Assembly: GCA_050951805.1 (NCBI GenBank)
Contig: JBMNJT010000002.1
Location: 1,440,001 to 1,504,000 of the forward strand
Direction: 5' to 3'
DNA: 64,000 nucleotides
From: Bacillota bacterium
GTDB lineage: Bacteria; Bacillota; DTU025
Shown: piece after piece, positions 53,155 through 62,844 of the stretch
Layout of the letters: every line of letters begins with the position of its first letter
Position numbering within the stretch: the first letter of the stretch is position 1
Notes under the pieces: generated by a model
Seen by the model: the letters and a program-made list of their open reading frames with translations, nothing else
Told to the model about the DNA's origin: nothing
The model's database searches: none
Made by a program: the position numbers and the translations under genes

Positions 53155-53566
53155 GTCAACTGCTCTCCTTGCCCGCACGCCCCTACATATTCGGAGGAAC
53201 TGTGAACCGAAAAGCCACAGCCCCTGCAATCAACCTCCAGGCTGGCCTCGCCTGACCAAACACGATCCAGGCCCATACGTTACTTCGCGGGCTCCAATAC
53301 GCGCTCGCCTACGATCAACCGACCATCGAAGAGTTTGAGGAGGTCGGACGACGTCTGCCCGATTACACTGATCGCCTGCAACGCGCGTCTTCTAATTCTA
53401 CATCGCTGCATAGTCTTCCTTCAATGCAGCGCATCTATGGCAGATGCCTGACCCTGGTTTGCCAGTCTGCGCGCACCGCGCAAACATGCGTCCGACTGCC
53501 AATCCACCCCAACCCGCGCGGGGGACACGCATACCAGCAACGTTGTCTCCGCTGTCAGCGACGTTG

Positions 53567-54334
53567 TTAGCCCCAAAAACTATCAGTGTCAACGTTTGCC
53601 GTATCCACATCTACGTTCAAGTCAACGGCCTCAAGCCTTCGCTCCCGGGACAGCCTGCTCATTTCGACCGCAAAAGCTGCGTAATTCAGGGACCAATGCG
53701 CTATCCACGGGTATGCCAAGCCGCCACTTTCCACCGTGATCCACCCTAAGGCAAGGCCCACAGTGATGGGCATGAGGAGTGCGTACGAGGTAATGCTGTT
53801 AGGAGCTTCCACTAAAGCCATTGGAATCCCATGAACCAGTCCGAACAAAACCGCCTGCACAACTAGGCCATTTGAAAGGCTGCTCCGTTTCGATATGGTG
53901 CGGAGCAGAAAGCCCCTGAACACGATCTCTTCAAGAAGAGCGCCCGAGGCTATAAAGGGAACCGCAAGAACGAGAGCAGTCCATTTTGGCATGCCGGAGA
54001 GAGCAAGGTACGCCCCTCCCGGGTTGATGCCAGCACCCTTCATCCATTCGCCGTGCGATTGCCGGAGCCTAGCATGTGCCCACAGATTTGCCAAGCCTGC
54101 CACCACAACAATCAGCCCGGTGTAAACCGCCATTTCCCAACTTGCCATGCCCTCCACTATTCGTAAAGAGTTGGCCGGATCCTCTCTTCGCACGATCCAG
54201 ACCCCTGCGAAGATAGTCAGAAGCAGGATGTCTCCCAGATCGACTCCTGGTTGTCCACGTTCATGAAGTTTTTGCGCATATGCCCTTACAGCTACCGAGA
54301 TGCCTACGATGATGTAACAAATGACTGAGCTCAT
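53567..54334 (-). CDS. CPBP/Abi (type II CAAX) intramembrane protease
   Basis: EEIVFRG, FGLVH, AHWSLN motifs; multiple TM helices; ATGA overlap with the radical SAM gene. Confidence 0.88.
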   Translation of the reverse strand: MSSVICYIIVGISVAVRAYAQKLHERGQPGVDLGDILLLTIFAGVWIVRREDPANSLRIVEGMASWEMAVYTGLIVVVAGLANLWAHARLRQSHGEWMKGAGINPGGAYLALSGMPKWTALVLAVPFIASGALLEEIVFRGFLLRTISKRSSLSNGLVVQAVLFGLVHGIPMALVEAPNSITSYALLMPITVGLALGWITVESGGLAYPWIAHWSLNYAAFAVEMSRLSRERRLEAVDLNVDVDTANVDTDSFWG

Positions 54335-55794
54335 AGCATGGCAACCTCTGACAGAGCTCGCAGCAGATTAGACGACGTCGTACGGGAATCATCCCACGTC
54401 CATAGAATGCTGGATATAAAGATTCTATATGCTTCACACATCGGATCACGCCCGTACAGACTTCCGCTCGCTGCATACGCGGCAGCCCTGCAGCCCCCTC
54501 CGCACAAGTAGCGAACATCGCATTCGACGCAACCTTCTATTCGATCAACCCCAGGAACGTCCCAGAAAAGCTCCTTCAGATCCCCACGGCCGCAAGCGTG
54601 AGCCTCCTCAACTCTTTTCAGTGTAGGCCGCCGAGGCGGCTCAGAAATGTCGTAAAGAGTAGCCGCAAACTCTGGAATCATCAGAAGATGGCATGGGTAT
54701 GCATTGCCTGCCCCCGAGAGTGCAAAAACCTTCGACCCCGCCCCACACCCTTCTCTCGGGACTAGCCCCACTACATCTTCGAACGACGAATCCTCCGGCA
54801 AAGCATTCCTGTGGCACGCCCTCAGAAGATAGCGCAACATCGCCTCCGCAAGATCCTTCGGACACTTCCTGCGTCCTTTTAGCCGTGAACATGCTCCTCG
54901 ACCAACCTCCTGAAAAAGGCTGGCATGGAATGTCGCTCCATGCTTCGATGCAAGCTCAATCATGTCGTCTGGATTGAATGTCGCTGGGTCAACAATGGTT
55001 GACACAAGCTCAACGTGCTCTGTACCGGCACGCACGAGCCTCTCGATGCCCCTAATCGCCGCCTTGAAGCTTCCTTCGCCCCTGATCATATCGTGTGCAG
55101 CCTCATCCCCTGAATCTATGCTCACCTGGACACAGACCCCCAGAGAGGCTATTGCTTCAGCCATTTCCTGCGTTATCAGTGTAGCATTGGTAGCTAAAAT
55201 CACCTTGGGAGCATTGAATGTTGCCTCCTCGAGCAATACAGGAAGATCTGCCCTGAGAGTAGGTTCACCCCCAGTGATCATCAGCTCCGCCGGACGAAAC
55301 ATCCCTGCCTCTCGTATTGTCCAAAGCACTGACTCAGTTGGGGCGTCGTTTTCGAAAGCATGTCTGTAGCATGTCTCACAGTATAGATTGCACCTGTCCG
55401 TAACGGAAACATATATCCTAGCAGGCGCGGCACAAACCTGAGCGGCCCTTTTTTCTGCCGCCGCTACGTCCGATTTTCCGCCTCCATTCCAGGGCCCGTA
55501 GACGAGCAATCCTCGGGCTTCCAAGTCGCGCATCAACCCCAATAAGCCATCTAGCGTCTCCTTTCCGTAAGCCGGCCCTACAGAATCAGTTATTCCTTGA
55601 ATATCGACTCCGAGGAACCTCTCGCACATCACGCCTGCATAACGGCTGACCTTCACCCAAGTTCCGAGCGTCGGATTGAGAATGAGACAAGCTTCATCTG
55701 CATGAATCATCCGTGCATCCGGCGCTAGAGAGTATCCCAACAATTCGGAGTTCATCAGCGAAAAGGCGGTTGCGCCCCGCCAACATCGGGCCAC
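54331..55794 (-). CDS. Radical SAM/SPASM peptide maturase with N-terminal RRE-like domain
   Basis: CNLYCETC, TGGEP, SIDS; SPASM CGAG..YPC..CVECDVRYLCGGGC..C; N-terminal ~100 aa with a three-strand/three-helix pattern ending L..RGLL. Confidence 0.88.
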   Translation of the reverse strand: MARCWRGATAFSLMNSELLGYSLAPDARMIHADEACLILNPTLGTWVKVSRYAGVMCERFLGVDIQGITDSVGPAYGKETLDGLLGLMRDLEARGLLVYGPWNGGGKSDVAAAEKRAAQVCAAPARIYVSVTDRCNLYCETCYRHAFENDAPTESVLWTIREAGMFRPAELMITGGEPTLRADLPVLLEEATFNAPKVILATNATLITQEMAEAIASLGVCVQVSIDSGDEAAHDMIRGEGSFKAAIRGIERLVRAGTEHVELVSTIVDPATFNPDDMIELASKHGATFHASLFQEVGRGACSRLKGRRKCPKDLAEAMLRYLLRACHRNALPEDSSFEDVVGLVPREGCGAGSKVFALSGAGNAYPCHLLMIPEFAATLYDISEPPRRPTLKRVEEAHACGRGDLKELFWDVPGVDRIEGCVECDVRYLCGGGCRAAAYAASGSLYGRDPMCEAYRIFISSILWTWDDSRTTSSNLLRALSEVAML

Positions 55795-55842
55795 ATCGCC
55801 GCCCTACTCCTCCCTTCAAAGCCACAGCGCGCGCACATAGGC

Positions 55843-55874
55843 GCGGGAACCAATCTCTTGTGATTGGCCCCCGC
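55843..55874 (-). other. Stem-loop between the precursor gene and the maturase gene
   Basis: GCGGGGGCCAATC-N6-GATTGGTTCCCGC, 13 bp, no U-tail. Confidence 0.6.
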
Positions 55875-55937
55875 TGGCACAGTTGGAGCTACGCCCGCTA
55901 ATGGATGATGGTGACTAGTAGTCTGGGGAAACGAAGA

Positions 55938-56039
55938 TCATCCAATGGTGAGCATCACGCCCCAAAGCGGAAACGAAAAGCAGAAGCTGTTGACAGAGAC
56001 ATTCAACCTATGCTTACGACCTGCCTGAATGCGAAACAT
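55938..56039 (-). CDS. Putative RiPP precursor peptide, 33 aa (MFRIQAGRKHRLNVSVNSFCFSFPLWGVMLTIG)
   Basis: Strong GGAGGTGA SD 5 nt before ATG; directly upstream of the RRE-rSAM gene; basic leader with hydrophobic/aromatic core. Confidence 0.7.
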   Translation of the reverse strand: MFRIQAGRKHRLNVSVNSFCFSFPLWGVMLTIG

Positions 56040-56154
56040 CCATTTCACCTCCCTCGATGCTACAATCGGGTAGATGGCGACCACGCCACGGCGCCGCTTG
56101 CACCCACATAGTACCATCGCAGGGAGCTTAAGGGTATTGCCCGAAAGGATGATT

Positions 56155-56673
56155 TTACGGGCTAGGAGGAGGTGACCAGCTGTCCAACAATCCGGCAGCA
56201 ACCGCCAGCCTGACTGCCGACCCCCGGGTGTGCACTCCCAGTTTTTGATATATCGAACGAATGTGAGTTTTGACGGTATTTATCGAGATGAACATCTCCT
56301 CAGCTATTGCCCTATTGGTCTTGCCCTGAGCAAGAAGGTTCATCACTTCAGTTTCGGTAGGGGTTAACCTCGGAAATTCTCGCTCCTCAATGGACGAAAG
56401 CTCGACATCATACTCTGCTAAAGCAATATCAATTCCTTCGTCGGATGGCTCAGCCCCAAATTCCTCCCCCCTCGCTAGAGGATATACGCACAGCAGGAAC
56501 ATCCCTGCCGCATCTGCAAACGCAGGAAGCCTGCCCCGCATCAATACTGGGCTGCGCAAGGCGGCGGCATGAGTCTCTCTGCAGTGCAATCCCGAATTCT
56601 CAAATGGTCCAGACGGTTCAAACTCCAAAGGCCCAACTTCACCACGAACCGAACGTCCCCCTGAGCTCGACAT
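56155..56673 (-). CDS. LuxR/NarL-type HTH regulator without a recognisable receiver domain
   Basis: LTPTETEVMNLLAQGKTNRAIAEEMFISINTVKTHIRSIYQKLGV; GGAGGGGG SD. Confidence 0.88.
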   Translation of the reverse strand: MSSSGGRSVRGEVGPLEFEPSGPFENSGLHCRETHAAALRSPVLMRGRLPAFADAAGMFLLCVYPLARGEEFGAEPSDEGIDIALAEYDVELSSIEEREFPRLTPTETEVMNLLAQGKTNRAIAEEMFISINTVKTHIRSIYQKLGVHTRGSAVRLAVAAGLLDSWSPPPSP

Positions 56674-57390
56674 GGAAAATCCCCCCTCCTTATGAATTTC
56701 CGTCGCCTAGAAAGCAATCCAAGAAGAATCGTGCCCCTTATGACAACAATCACCATAAAGAGTATAGCATCCCATGCGTTACCAGTCAAACATTCCCTAA
56801 TCTAGGCTCTGTTACCTGCTTTCGATGGACTTCGATGTATTCCTCAGTCGAACGTATTATCTTGTGGAAAGCCTCATACTGATTAGGATAGACGTCCAGT
56901 CCAACGATTTCGAGGCCTCCGCTACTCGTCCCCGTCCATTGGCGTGCAGAAGCTCCGCCTTGTAGCTCCGGCTACATCGCCCCGGCGGGTGGACCACCTG
57001 ATTAAGTGCCGACAGGAATAACATGCCGTAGCGCCTGGCCAAGAGATCATAACCGACCTCTGAGCCAGGCACAAGGGAATGCGTAGTAAGTGATCATGTC
57101 TTTTACACGGTTCTCGGCATCTGGTTTCGGCACATGAACCCCAGCGGGTTTCGAAGACCAGACATGTATCGCGCGAAAGTCAACAGAAGTCCATCCGGCC
57201 CCTCAGATGAGTTTCGCCTAAAAGCCGCCATATCCATATCTCCCCCACAGCGTCACAAACCTGCTACTTACACAGGTTACGTGGAAACCCCGCTACTGCG
57301 TAGGGTCGGGGAGCACCCTATAAACAGGCTAGCTTGAAGCCGTCCTCGTCCTTCCTACGTGGAATTACTTCTCATTGGCAGGCCAAAACT

Positions 57391-57720
57391 TCAAAAACCT
57401 GTCAGCGAATACTGTGGCTGCAGAAGATAGAGGTCGCATTCATCCTGGAAGAGCACGTGATTTCCAGCCGCTGGTGAACTCAGGGCCTCCGTGATTGCGT
57501 CCATTTTGGCCATCGCCTGCAGATCATATACTCGTTTTGACGCATGCGGTGGGCGACTATGCCGATATCCAAGAGATTTCAGTAGGTTATACATCATGGC
57601 TAAACTGATTTCGACGCCATGTTTTCATAGACACTGAACATCCGCGCTATCTTGGTAATGCACCAGCCCAGGCTCGAAATCAAAACCATCTGGGCACTCA
57701 GTGATACTTCTTCTGCGCAT
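57391..57720 (-). pseudogene. IS630-family transposase remnant
   Basis: Frameshifted pieces: AQMVLISSLGWCITKIARMF (HTH), KHGVEISLAMMYNLLKSLGYRHSRP (winged HTH), VLFQDE (first catalytic Asp), then a stop. Confidence 0.65.
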
Positions 57721-58223
57721 GGCCCAAAACATTGAAACCTCGCACTTGCCAAATTCTCTTGCAAATCGCATTTACACTGTGCTTCCTGTCACCATATAGG
57801 CGCTTTCAGGCATTACAGAGCACAGTCAAAAACCACGCAGGACAGGCGGTGATAGATGTCGGCATACAACGGGTGCTAAAGGCCTTTCAGACTATCCGAT
57901 GAAGTAGCTTGGCCGAGCATCTCTGGTTCTTGTAGCAACACCCTTAACATTGATTAAAAAAGACAGGGAAACATCCCCTGCCTACTCGTATTCCGGCAAG
58001 GACAGTTGGATGGGAAACCCTTGCAAAGTCAGTTCCCATCAACCCCCTGCTTTTCTTCATATCCCTTCGTCTTCCCACAGCATCCTAGACTGACGCGCAC
58101 CACGGCCTGAGATACCCACCCGAGGCAAACCCTTCATGCCTAGTCTAGGCGCGAAGGCCTCACCGGGGTGTAGCTTCGTTCTATCGACACAGACCGCGTT
58201 CTGGCATGATCGTTCAAAGGAGC

Positions 58224-59561
58224 TCAGACCTTCTTCCAAAGCTCCCTCGCAAGCTTCCTCGACTTTGCAGCAATCTCCCTCTCATCAATGGCAACAAGTT
58301 CACGGTGGCGCATCAAGAACCTGCCGTTAACCATTGTACTGTCAACCATACCTCCTGTAACTCCCATTGTTACATGGCTCCGCCAATTGTTATCGTCAAT
58401 AGGCGTAGGTGCCCAGTAGTCCACGATTATCAAATCGGCGTAGGCGCCAGGCTTCAGCGTGCCAAGTGGAACATCCCATTGCTTCGCCAGTATTGCCGAA
58501 TTGTTACGAAAGGCCATGAGTGGCGCCTCGATCCAGCCTACCTGGGGATCGGCTTCCTTGTGCTTTAGCAGAAGATCGGCCGCTTTGAGGCTTTCGAACA
58601 TACCGCAAGAACAACCGTCTGTCCCCAATCCCACTCTGACTCCGCGTGAAATCATCTCCAGAATAGGAGCATCTCCCACAGCATTACCCATATTGGACTC
58701 AGGGCAGTGAACGACGCTCACATCTCGTTCCCTTAGTATTTCGATCTCCTCGGAATTGATATGGACACAATGGACCGCCAATGAGCGGTCATTCCATACG
58801 CCAAGGTCATCCAAGCGCTTCACAACAGGTTTGCCATATCTCCTTATGCTTCGTATCAGGTCTTCAATACCCTCCGCAGTATGTATATGAAAGCCTGCCT
58901 CAACTGCTCCTGGCGCCTCCACACACTTTCTGATGGTCTCATTGGAAAGTGTGAGTGAACCTTGAAACCCAAAATTAGCCCGAATAAGCGGAGATTTCAT
59001 CCTCTTGCACCGCTCTATGAACCTGACATTCTCCCTTATGCCCTCATCCGCCGCATCCGGGCCATCAAAGTCGGATACTTCATACGAAAGCGATGCCCTA
59101 ATTCCGACCCGGGCTACAGCATCAGCTATTGCGTCGAGGGAACCAAAAGCCGCGTTGGGGCTATGGTGGTGATCGAAGACGGTAGTAATTCCATTGCGCA
59201 CACACCAGATAAGAGACATCATTGCGCTTGTCCATATATCCTCTTCCGTCAGCTTTCTATCAAGTCGCCACCAAGACCCCTCCAAAACCTTAGAAAGAAC
59301 CTTTGCAGGGGGCCCATCAGGCTGCATTCCCCGAGCAAACACTCTGCATAGATGCGTGTGCGCACACATCATCCCAGGCATTATCAACCTGCCTCCCACA
59401 TCCTCAAAACCAGCCTCCGGATACTTCCGGCGCAACTCTTCCGTTCGTCCTACATCCGCTATGATCTCGCCGGATATCGCAACACCCCCGCCCTCTATCA
59501 CCCGTGCAGGGTATCCGCAGTCCACCACAACTCCATTTCCTAAGATCAAGTCCGCCCCCAT
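58224..59561 (-). CDS. ssnA: SsnA-like amidohydrolase (chlorohydrolase/aminohydrolase family)
   Basis: MPG..CAHTH, GITTVFDHH, FHIHTAEG, AVHCVH, PESNMGN, GLGTDG. Confidence 0.8.
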   Translation of the reverse strand: MGADLILGNGVVVDCGYPARVIEGGGVAISGEIIADVGRTEELRRKYPEAGFEDVGGRLIMPGMMCAHTHLCRVFARGMQPDGPPAKVLSKVLEGSWWRLDRKLTEEDIWTSAMMSLIWCVRNGITTVFDHHHSPNAAFGSLDAIADAVARVGIRASLSYEVSDFDGPDAADEGIRENVRFIERCKRMKSPLIRANFGFQGSLTLSNETIRKCVEAPGAVEAGFHIHTAEGIEDLIRSIRRYGKPVVKRLDDLGVWNDRSLAVHCVHINSEEIEILRERDVSVVHCPESNMGNAVGDAPILEMISRGVRVGLGTDGCSCGMFESLKAADLLLKHKEADPQVGWIEAPLMAFRNNSAILAKQWDVPLGTLKPGAYADLIIVDYWAPTPIDDNNWRSHVTMGVTGGMVDSTMVNGRFLMRHRELVAIDEREIAAKSRKLARELWKKV

Positions 59562-60423
59562 CGTCCTGACCTCCTACTGCCACTGGTTCTATGGCCTCTA
59601 TTGTCTGTCCACGCCCCATACACCTGCATAGGCCCATGCAATTTCTTGACTTCTTTCGTCCTTTGTGGGATGGGAGTTCCATTCCGACCAGTCCTACATT
59701 GATATTGGCATTACCAGAATGCAAGGCGCATACAGCAACCAAACCGTTTTTTGCCGATATTGCTAAAGTGGGCTAGGAGCGTTGTGGATTGCGCTAGATG
59801 TCCCCTTCTTCGCTGCAACTTCTGTGCCGGCGTCATCCCTCCCAAGGCAAAGCTTGTTAGACGTACAGAAGCCCCTGCAGCACTGTGGATTTCTGGGAAA
59901 CCGTACAAAAACGAAGTTTTCTTCTCCAAGTAACTTCTGATCAATCTCTGAACTGCCCTGCATTCCTGTCCATGCTTGCTATCACTCATTTAGCCTATCA
60001 TTCCAGCGTTGTGCCGATTTTCTGGCCGACCCTTGTCGAAAAACTCGCCATGTCCTCAAAAAGCATGTCCAAAAGCAGCCATGATAGGAACCGCCTCGCT
60101 CATCGACAGACCATGGGCACATGCTTGCATTCACAGGCGAAAGCTGCCGTCTACAGCATGCCCTCTTCCAATTGCAGGCCCCGAATTTCGGTCCTAAGCG
60201 TGGTGGTCAACATATGAACTTTTAGATTGCCAAACAGAAGACTTGTCTGGAAAGCACTCACATACTTCTTCTAAGATACTCAGACCCAAAAACACTGAGA
60301 GCGATGCTACCGCATCGCTTCCCGTTCGCATTTGCATTCCGAAGTCACATATTCGAACATCGGCTCGTCGTTCTTTGATCTCCTCCGTCCCGACCACAAC
60401 AAACGCGAACCCTTAGCAATCCC

Positions 60424-62844
60424 TCATATCGTCAAAACTTCACATGATTTTGGTATCTGCTCTGCGAACTCCAATCCGTCCAATACTAATATTACCTGCC
60501 TTGTTCGTCCAAGTTTCTCCAGAGCGGGCCAAACAAGGGTTAACCCTTGGTATGCCGACTTGTGCCCTACCCGTCCGCCTTTACCCTTAGAAGAATAGTC
60601 AATTATCAAAGGGAGAGCGCCTCTTCCGTATAGAACCTCGCTGGCGCCAAGCCGAACAGCGAGAACAGCCACAGGAATCAACGACTCCGAGTCAGCTGCC
60701 CTCGGGAAAGAGCATCTGACGCAGTCTTCCTCAACCGCACAAGAGATTTCTGCCGTAGGCTCGCCCGTAAAAAATGCCATGATATCCGAGGCAACCTCCG
60801 CTAATCTTGCCCCAGCTTGCGCCCGTTTTTCTTCGATCATCTCCTCAATGGCTGCCTGTGCTAAGCTAGCCGCGAGCCCCTCACGCCTAGCACGTTCCAA
60901 TTCCGAGGCGGCTCGCGCTGCCTCACTCGATACCTCCCAAATGTCTACACCTGCCAACGCATGTTCTGTATCTGCAAGTTCCAAAGACTTTTGCTCCAGT
61001 TCGAGAGCCAACCGCTCCCGCTCGTCTGCCTTTATCGCGTATTCCTCGCTCAGCTCCCAGATCTTTTCCTCGATCCTGCGATCGGCAATGGCTGCGCGCT
61101 GAGCCTCTGCAGAAGCAATCTCTTCAAGCACGATCTCGATGTCACGCTCTATACTTTCCCGAGAGCGCCCGCCCAGTGCAGCCTCTAGCCTGTCGGCAGC
61201 CTCTCTGTAGGATGCTTCAACCCTTCGATAGTCCTCGTATGCCTCAAGATACATCGAAGGAGAAGAAAAACCAGACACCTTCATCAACTCGCCCATGCGC
61301 TCCTTAGCCCGCCATGTCCTGACCCGATTCAAGTCCGCCTCGTTCCTCAATCGAGCAAGTTCACCTGACAGAGTTTTGATCTCCTCCAGCAGACACTCTT
61401 TTTTCTCCTTAAGCCACTCCATCTTCTCCACGGCCAGCGCATAGTCGTTTATGGACATGTCGTGCAGCAACGAATCGAGTCTCCTTCTGTGCCATGCCAC
61501 CTGGCTCGAAAGATTGGCCCGATCGTGCTCCAGTCTCACCTTTGCACCATGTTTGGCATCCAGCTCTATCCCCGTCGAAACCCCATAGACCGTGCACATC
61601 AAGCCAGTGGAAAGCAGCAAAATCAGGACTCCCATCAGCGGCTCAGACAAGCTCATCCACGGAAAGATATTCTCTGGAAGGAGAAGCCCAGTGAGAGACG
61701 TGACGGTCAAGAGTGCCCCTCCCACAGAAAGGCCATCGGCGAGTCTCTTGCGCCCAAGGACCTTGTCAACCTCTGCAATTCGTTGCGACAGACTTGCAAG
61801 ACGAGTCTCCCTGTCTTCGATCTCTTTCAAGGAAGATTGCGCATGCTCCAGCGTCCTGCGGGACAATCCTCTTTGTTCCAGCTCCTCGAGGTCTTTGCTC
61901 GCCAGGGCAAGCTCCATTCTGAGCCCATTTATTGCAGACGTAATACCCGACTGTTCTGATTCGTACGATATCGCTGTCTTCTCCAGCTCAGACATTTCAG
62001 ACATCAGATTCCTTATCTCGCCCGCAACCTCAGGGTCAAAAGCCCCTTCCATACCAGAATACTTGAGCAACCTGTTTCTGGCCTTTTCCGCAGCTTTCTC
62101 CGTCACCAACACGTCGGCGAGATTGATCCGCCATGATTCGAACTCCTGTTTCAAGAACCCCACATACTCCTCGATTTCATCGCATTCCACCTTGGTCCGT
62201 AGAGCCGCATCTATGGAGGATATCCTCGAATCAAGAAAGGATAACCTCTCAACAAGCCAAGCGATTCTGGCTCTCAGTTCCGCCCTTTTTATGCGCAGGT
62301 CCACAACGCGCTCCACCTCGCGCCTGAGTTCAAAATAGGCATTTTCCGCTCCTGAATCGCTGCTTATTCCATCCAGAAGGGAAATAGCCCTCTCGTATCG
62401 CCTGCCATTATCGCCCATGAGCAATCTGACAGGCACCGTCCACGCCCCACACTCAGCCGTCCCATCATCGCTGCAAGCCAGATCGGTTTCGGAAAGGCCC
62501 ATGGCTTCGGCAATGGGGACAGCAATCTCTGTGCCCATGCCTGTATCGAAATCCACAACCCTCACTGACGGTTGCGATAAAGAATCGCGCACAAGCATGA
62601 CACGCCTGTGATTGTCATCGATGACTGTCACAGATATTCTGCCGCCCTTCTCGACACGCTTGGTCCGCGCCTCAATACCAACAACGCCCATAGATTCCAG
62701 AGCACCGAGGAAGATCAGACGAATCTGAGGAGTACTGGCCAAAACTACTGAAAAGCCCTTAGCAAATTCCGCTTCAATCGTCGGGCCGCCTTTTCTCGCC
62801 GCAACCAACAGCTTCTCGATCATCACCACGGAATACCTCCCCAA
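60424..62844 (-). CDS. SbcC/YhaN-like membrane-anchored coiled-coil protein with degenerate ABC-ATPase motifs
   Basis: Long coiled coils, two central TM helices, C-terminal LAVRL...LPLIID...RQVI; lies downstream of the SbcD-like gene. Confidence 0.7.
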   Translation of the reverse strand: MGRYSVVMIEKLLVAARKGGPTIEAEFAKGFSVVLASTPQIRLIFLGALESMGVVGIEARTKRVEKGGRISVTVIDDNHRRVMLVRDSLSQPSVRVVDFDTGMGTEIAVPIAEAMGLSETDLACSDDGTAECGAWTVPVRLLMGDNGRRYERAISLLDGISSDSGAENAYFELRREVERVVDLRIKRAELRARIAWLVERLSFLDSRISSIDAALRTKVECDEIEEYVGFLKQEFESWRINLADVLVTEKAAEKARNRLLKYSGMEGAFDPEVAGEIRNLMSEMSELEKTAISYESEQSGITSAINGLRMELALASKDLEELEQRGLSRRTLEHAQSSLKEIEDRETRLASLSQRIAEVDKVLGRKRLADGLSVGGALLTVTSLTGLLLPENIFPWMSLSEPLMGVLILLLSTGLMCTVYGVSTGIELDAKHGAKVRLEHDRANLSSQVAWHRRRLDSLLHDMSINDYALAVEKMEWLKEKKECLLEEIKTLSGELARLRNEADLNRVRTWRAKERMGELMKVSGFSSPSMYLEAYEDYRRVEASYREAADRLEAALGGRSRESIERDIEIVLEEIASAEAQRAAIADRRIEEKIWELSEEYAIKADERERLALELEQKSLELADTEHALAGVDIWEVSSEAARAASELERARREGLAASLAQAAIEEMIEEKRAQAGARLAEVASDIMAFFTGEPTAEISCAVEEDCVRCSFPRAADSESLIPVAVLAVRLGASEVLYGRGALPLIIDYSSKGKGGRVGHKSAYQGLTLVWPALEKLGRTRQVILVLDGLEFAEQIPKSCEVLTI

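Noticed and set aside
53398-53610. 70-aa ORF after the CPBP gene as a possible second RiPP component
   Set aside because: Overlaps the CPBP 3' end, lacks an SD and shares no similarity with the precursor
56040-56201. Longer 87-aa version of the precursor ORF
   Set aside because: Overlaps the luxR end and the putative promoter; the SD points to ATG at 56039
56857-57072. 71-aa ORF with a YKAELLH stretch reminiscent of IS3 transposases
   Set aside because: Match is too short, with no other supporting motifs
59600-60420. Several short Cys-containing ORFs between ssnA and the SbcC-like gene
   Set aside because: No convincing SD or homology; ORFs overlap in conflicting frames
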